Positions 60,913 through 64,000 of a DNA stretch of 64,000 nucleotides are shown here, one piece after another. A program made the position numbers and the translations under genes. Origin of the DNA: Bacteroidia bacterium (GTDB lineage Bacteria; Bacteroidota; Bacteroidia; NS11-12g; UBA9320). The stretch covers positions 128,001 through 192,000 of the forward strand of contig CBDCFW010000001.1 in NCBI GenBank assembly GCA_965216465.1, in the 5' to 3' direction. The stretch's first letter is position 1; every line of letters begins with the position of its first letter. The notes beneath the pieces are model-generated. The model was not told the origin of the DNA and searched no databases. It saw only the letters and a program-made list of their open reading frames with translations.

Positions 60913-61646
60913 GCAAAATTGTATTCGTTAAACTTCTCTTCAATTATACGATAAACCTGATTGGCAAGCTCTACTTCGTCTTCAGGTTTTAGATTTTTGG
61001 TAGGAATAGGTCGATGAACATACATTCTCATTTTACCGGGTGTGCCTCCCCCAGACAATCCTCCAGCTGGAAGTCTCTTCCAATTATCGAGTAAGGTAAT
61101 GGGCACAATTTCTAATCCATGTTGAATAGCCATGCGAAACGGTCCCATCTTAAACTTTTGCATTTTAGGTACAGTTTTCCCAATTCCTCCTTCTGGAAAG
61201 TTAAGTATGCTTACATTTTTTCGAAGCTTTGCATTAGCCATTTTATAAGCTCGTTTAGCTCCTCTAATTGATTTTCGTTCTACAGGAATATCAATAGTTC
61301 TGAAAAAGATGCCAAACACAGGTATATCAGCTAATTCTTTTTTGGCCATAAAGCTGAAATAGAAAGGCATTTGAGAATTCACTGAAACAATGTCAAAATA
61401 GCTAAAGTGATTTGGTGTAAAGATGTAGGTTTTGTCTTTGTCGAGCGGTTCTTCATATATGGTTTCACCCCTCAAACCTGATAGAAACATTAGAGATCGT
61501 CCCCAAAATCCGCGTAAAGCATGAGCCTTCGAGTATCTCGATTCTTCCGCTAAATAGTATCTAAATAAAGGGTACAGCAAGAAGAATAGCAATACAAACC
61601 ATATAAGAAAATATACGGCCCAGGCATATTTTAGAACCTTAGTCAT
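60909..61646 (-). CDS. plsC: 1-acyl-sn-glycerol-3-phosphate acyltransferase family
   Basis: NHFSYFD and FPEG motifs. Confidence 0.85.
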   Translation of the reverse strand: MTKVLKYAWAVYFLIWFVLLFFLLYPLFRYYLAEESRYSKAHALRGFWGRSLMFLSGLRGETIYEEPLDKDKTYIFTPNHFSYFDIVSVNSQMPFYFSFMAKKELADIPVFGIFFRTIDIPVERKSIRGAKRAYKMANAKLRKNVSILNFPEGGIGKTVPKMQKFKMGPFRMAIQHGLEIVPITLLDNWKRLPAGGLSGGGTPGKMRMYVHRPIPTKNLKPEDEVELANQVYRIIEEKFNEYNFA

Positions 61647-62043
61647 TCAGATGTTTTGTCAGTTTGTGAACTTGAACGTCTAAAAAGTCTTTAAGCAGTT
61701 TTTCAGCCATCAAGCGCATCATAAAGTTCAGCTCTGCATTAATGGTTGCTTCAACCTCAGCCTGCTGATCCGAAATGGACTTTATATTCCATTCTAAATT
61801 AAAATTGAAAGGAAGTTTGTTCTGCGGTTTAAGTTCAAGATAGGTAGGAGAATCTTTCTGAACGAATGCCAGCTCTACCTTCCCAATACCTTCAATATCA
61901 AGCGTTGCTTCGTCGTCAGTTGCTTCAAATGAACGAACTTTGCTTGGCATAAGAATTCGGTAATTCTCAGGTACACTCAAGTATTCAAAAACAACTTCAG
62001 CCGATTGGTTTATTGTAGTCTTATTACTCTTTATTGACACCAT
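61639..62043 (-). CDS. SRPBCC/CoxG-like protein
   Basis: VFEYLS...N...LMP and LNFMMRLM pattern. Confidence 0.65.
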   Translation of the reverse strand: MVSIKSNKTTINQSAEVVFEYLSVPENYRILMPSKVRSFEATDDEATLDIEGIGKVELAFVQKDSPTYLELKPQNKLPFNFNLEWNIKSISDQQAEVEATINAELNFMMRLMAEKLLKDFLDVQVHKLTKHLND

Positions 62044-62557
62044 CGTACATCATATTTTTTGAGATAAATACGGCTGTGAGAATTGATATGATAAATCCGG
62101 TAATCAAACTTTGGGCTATGGCCAATAAGGCATAGCTCATAGGCTTAAACTGTCTTTCTATATCTTGCAGTGTAATCTCCAATTCTGTGCTTTTATCCTC
62201 TTCTGCGATTTGATCGTCGTTGGCAATCTTATCTTTAGCTAACTCAATGGCCTCATTAACTTTTGGTTGATAAAACTCTCCATTTGGGTAGTAAAAGATC
62301 ATAAAAGAAATGATCAACACTAATGCTCGAACCAGTGCAATTAATGATCCTGAAAGTAAGGTCCTTCCGATGCTAATCGTTCCACCCAACAGTTTTCGGA
62401 TTAATATCAATCCAAAAACAACACAAATGATTAGTACCAAGCCTTTGGCTAGATACATGGTCATGGGACTAAAATTGTCGCTTGAATAAAATAGATATTC
62501 TAAAAATGCACTGAAGATTCCAGCGATTCCTCCAAAAATCCAGATTGATTTTTGCAT
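62024..62557 (-). CDS. DUF4199-type membrane protein
   Basis: Three N-terminal TM helices, a charged loop and a final TM helix. Confidence 0.65.
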   Translation of the reverse strand: MQKSIWIFGGIAGIFSAFLEYLFYSSDNFSPMTMYLAKGLVLIICVVFGLILIRKLLGGTISIGRTLLSGSLIALVRALVLIISFMIFYYPNGEFYQPKVNEAIELAKDKIANDDQIAEEDKSTELEITLQDIERQFKPMSYALLAIAQSLITGFIISILTAVFISKNMMYDGVNKE

Positions 62558-62571
62558 ATTTTTATTTTCGA

Positions 62572-62868
62572 TTATTCTTCTTCTTGAGTTTTGCGTGTAA
62601 ACTCATCAAAATCATACTCAGGCATTAAATCACTCTTAACGTAGTTCACTGTTTCAGTGAACGCCTCCGAAAACTTATTGAAGTCTTCTTTGTACAAGAA
62701 TATTTTGTGCTTGATATATCCCCCATCCTCATATCGCTTTTTACTTTCGGTAATGGTTATATAATAATCATCGCCTCGAGTTGTTTTAACATCAAAAAAG
62801 TAGGTTCTTTTTCCAGCTCTTACTTTTTTAGAGAAGACTTCTTCTCTGTCATAATTTGACTCACCCAT
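62572..62868 (-). CDS. PUR-family DNA/RNA-binding protein (DUF3276)
   Basis: FSK.VRAGKRTYFFDV..T...DYYITITESKK and HKIFLYKEDF. Confidence 0.88.
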   Translation of the reverse strand: MGESNYDREEVFSKKVRAGKRTYFFDVKTTRGDDYYITITESKKRYEDGGYIKHKIFLYKEDFNKFSEAFTETVNYVKSDLMPEYDFDEFTRKTQEEE

Positions 62869-62932
62869 CTCGTGTCTTTTTTATTAACTATCACAAAAAA
62901 CGTTAAAAAAAGGCAGATTCAGAAACATTTTT

Positions 62933-64000
62933 TTATGACACTTCATTGGCTCTAAGCATTTGCTTGCTGTACAATTCAGCATAAACTCCACCTGAATTAT
63001 ATAAGCTAGTGTGGCTGCCTTCTTCAATTACTTCTCCTTCATCTAGAAATATTATATGGTCAGCATCCTGTATTGAAGAAACGCGATGGCTAATATTTAT
63101 AAAGGTCTGTGCTGAGTTCCATTCGCTCAAATTATTCTTGATTTCAACTTCTGTTTTGGTATCCACAGCCGAAAGTGCATCATCCATCAACAAAATTTCT
63201 GGACGTTTAATTAAGGCTCGAGCTATTGCCGTTCTTTGTTTTTGTCCGCCCGACAGGGTTATACCTCTTTCTCCCAATATGGTCTCTAATCCATCTGGGA
63301 AGCTTCCAATTTCACCGCTCAATGCAGCTGATTCAATAGCCCTATCAAGATTCTCTTCATCTTCAAGCTTATTCCCTCCAAACAGTACATTATTTCTTAT
63401 ACTATCTGAAAACAAGAAAATATCTTGAGCCACATACCCAAATAACTGTTTGAGATTCTTCTGGTCATATTCCTGCATGGCAATACCATCAATGAGTATT
63501 TCCCCTTTGGTCGGTTCATAAACACCCATTAATAGCTTAGCTATGGTTGATTTTCCACTTCCTGTAGTTCCAATTATGCCAAGTTTGTCTTTCGCATTTA
63601 CCTTGAACGAAACGTCTTTAAGCACATAATTGTCGGTTCCTGGATACTTGAATGACACATTTCGAAACTCAATTCCTTCTTTGAGACTTTCTATTTTTAA
63701 CGTTCCTGTAGACTCTTCAATCGGTACATTTAAAAATTCATCAATACGCTTCTGCGAGGCAGCAGCACGCTGAACCAAAGAAGTCACGTAGCCTAATGAT
63801 GCCACGGGCCATGTAAGCATGTTTACATAAATTACATATTCTACGATGTTTCCAATTGTAAAGTTTCCGTTTACTACTTCATTTCCTCCTACATACAGCG
63901 TAATCAATATACTCATCCCCACCAATCCCAAAACAGCAGGCATAAACACTCCATTAATTTTTACCAGCTTCATATTGTCGGCCATGTATTCATCATTTAC
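62933..64000 (-). CDS. ABC exporter, fused TMD-NBD (MsbA/MdlA-like; 5' end outside window)
   Basis: TM helices, GTTGSGKST, LSGGQKQR, DDALSAVD; frame open to the window edge. Confidence 0.9.
   Translation of the reverse strand, partial: VNDEYMADNMKLVKINGVFMPAVLGLVGMSILITLYVGGNEVVNGNFTIGNIVEYVIYVNMLTWPVASLGYVTSLVQRAAASQKRIDEFLNVPIEESTGTLKIESLKEGIEFRNVSFKYPGTDNYVLKDVSFKVNAKDKLGIIGTTGSGKSTIAKLLMGVYEPTKGEILIDGIAMQEYDQKNLKQLFGYVAQDIFLFSDSIRNNVLFGGNKLEDEENLDRAIESAALSGEIGSFPDGLETILGERGITLSGGQKQRTAIARALIKRPEILLMDDALSAVDTKTEVEIKNNLSEWNSAQTFINISHRVSSIQDADHIIFLDEGEVIEEGSHTSLYNSGGVYAELYSKQMLRANEVS

Noticed and set aside
1224-63428. Numerous short antisense or overlapping ORFs in the six-frame track (e.g. 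1224-1568, 11514-11843, 46152-46517, 52362-52844, 63009-63428)
   Set aside because: They lie within well-supported genes on the opposite strand or in another frame and show no motifs.

Overview
64-kb AT-rich chromosomal window from a Bacteroidota bacterium (TAnnTTTG promoter boxes, T9SS C-terminal sorting domains, Bacteroidota-type gene order). Most of it is housekeeping: ABC-F, DPP-IV, hbd, parAB, kdsA, fabI, rimK, S46 peptidase, mlaEF, glmM, RNase P RNA, a sigma-54 response regulator, sua5/tsaC, hscB, rseP, folB, glutaryl-CoA dehydrogenase, PGM/PMM, thiolase, pdxH, ffh and gatC. The most unusual part is a 3.6-kb accessory tract (about 37.19-40.79 kb) downstream of tRNA-Leu(CAA). It is organised as a cassette-like array by four copies of a 61-62 bp element with constant flanks and a hypervariable, self-complementary 21-bp core, and one copy appears to have that core inverted. 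The elements separate two near-identical four-helix-bundle (Avd/23S-IVS-like) genes, decayed 5' stubs of the same gene, unrelated cargo genes, and a duplicated CCA-bearing tRNA 3' end with a palindrome inserted in its T-loop. No integrase, transposase or reverse transcriptase is visible in the window. Other points of interest are a circularly permuted T9SS beta-propeller protein, a possible esterase/beta-barrel fusion, a duplicated GbsR-type operator and four short-indel frameshifts that may be assembly errors. All protein family calls come from motif recognition by eye; no database searches were run.
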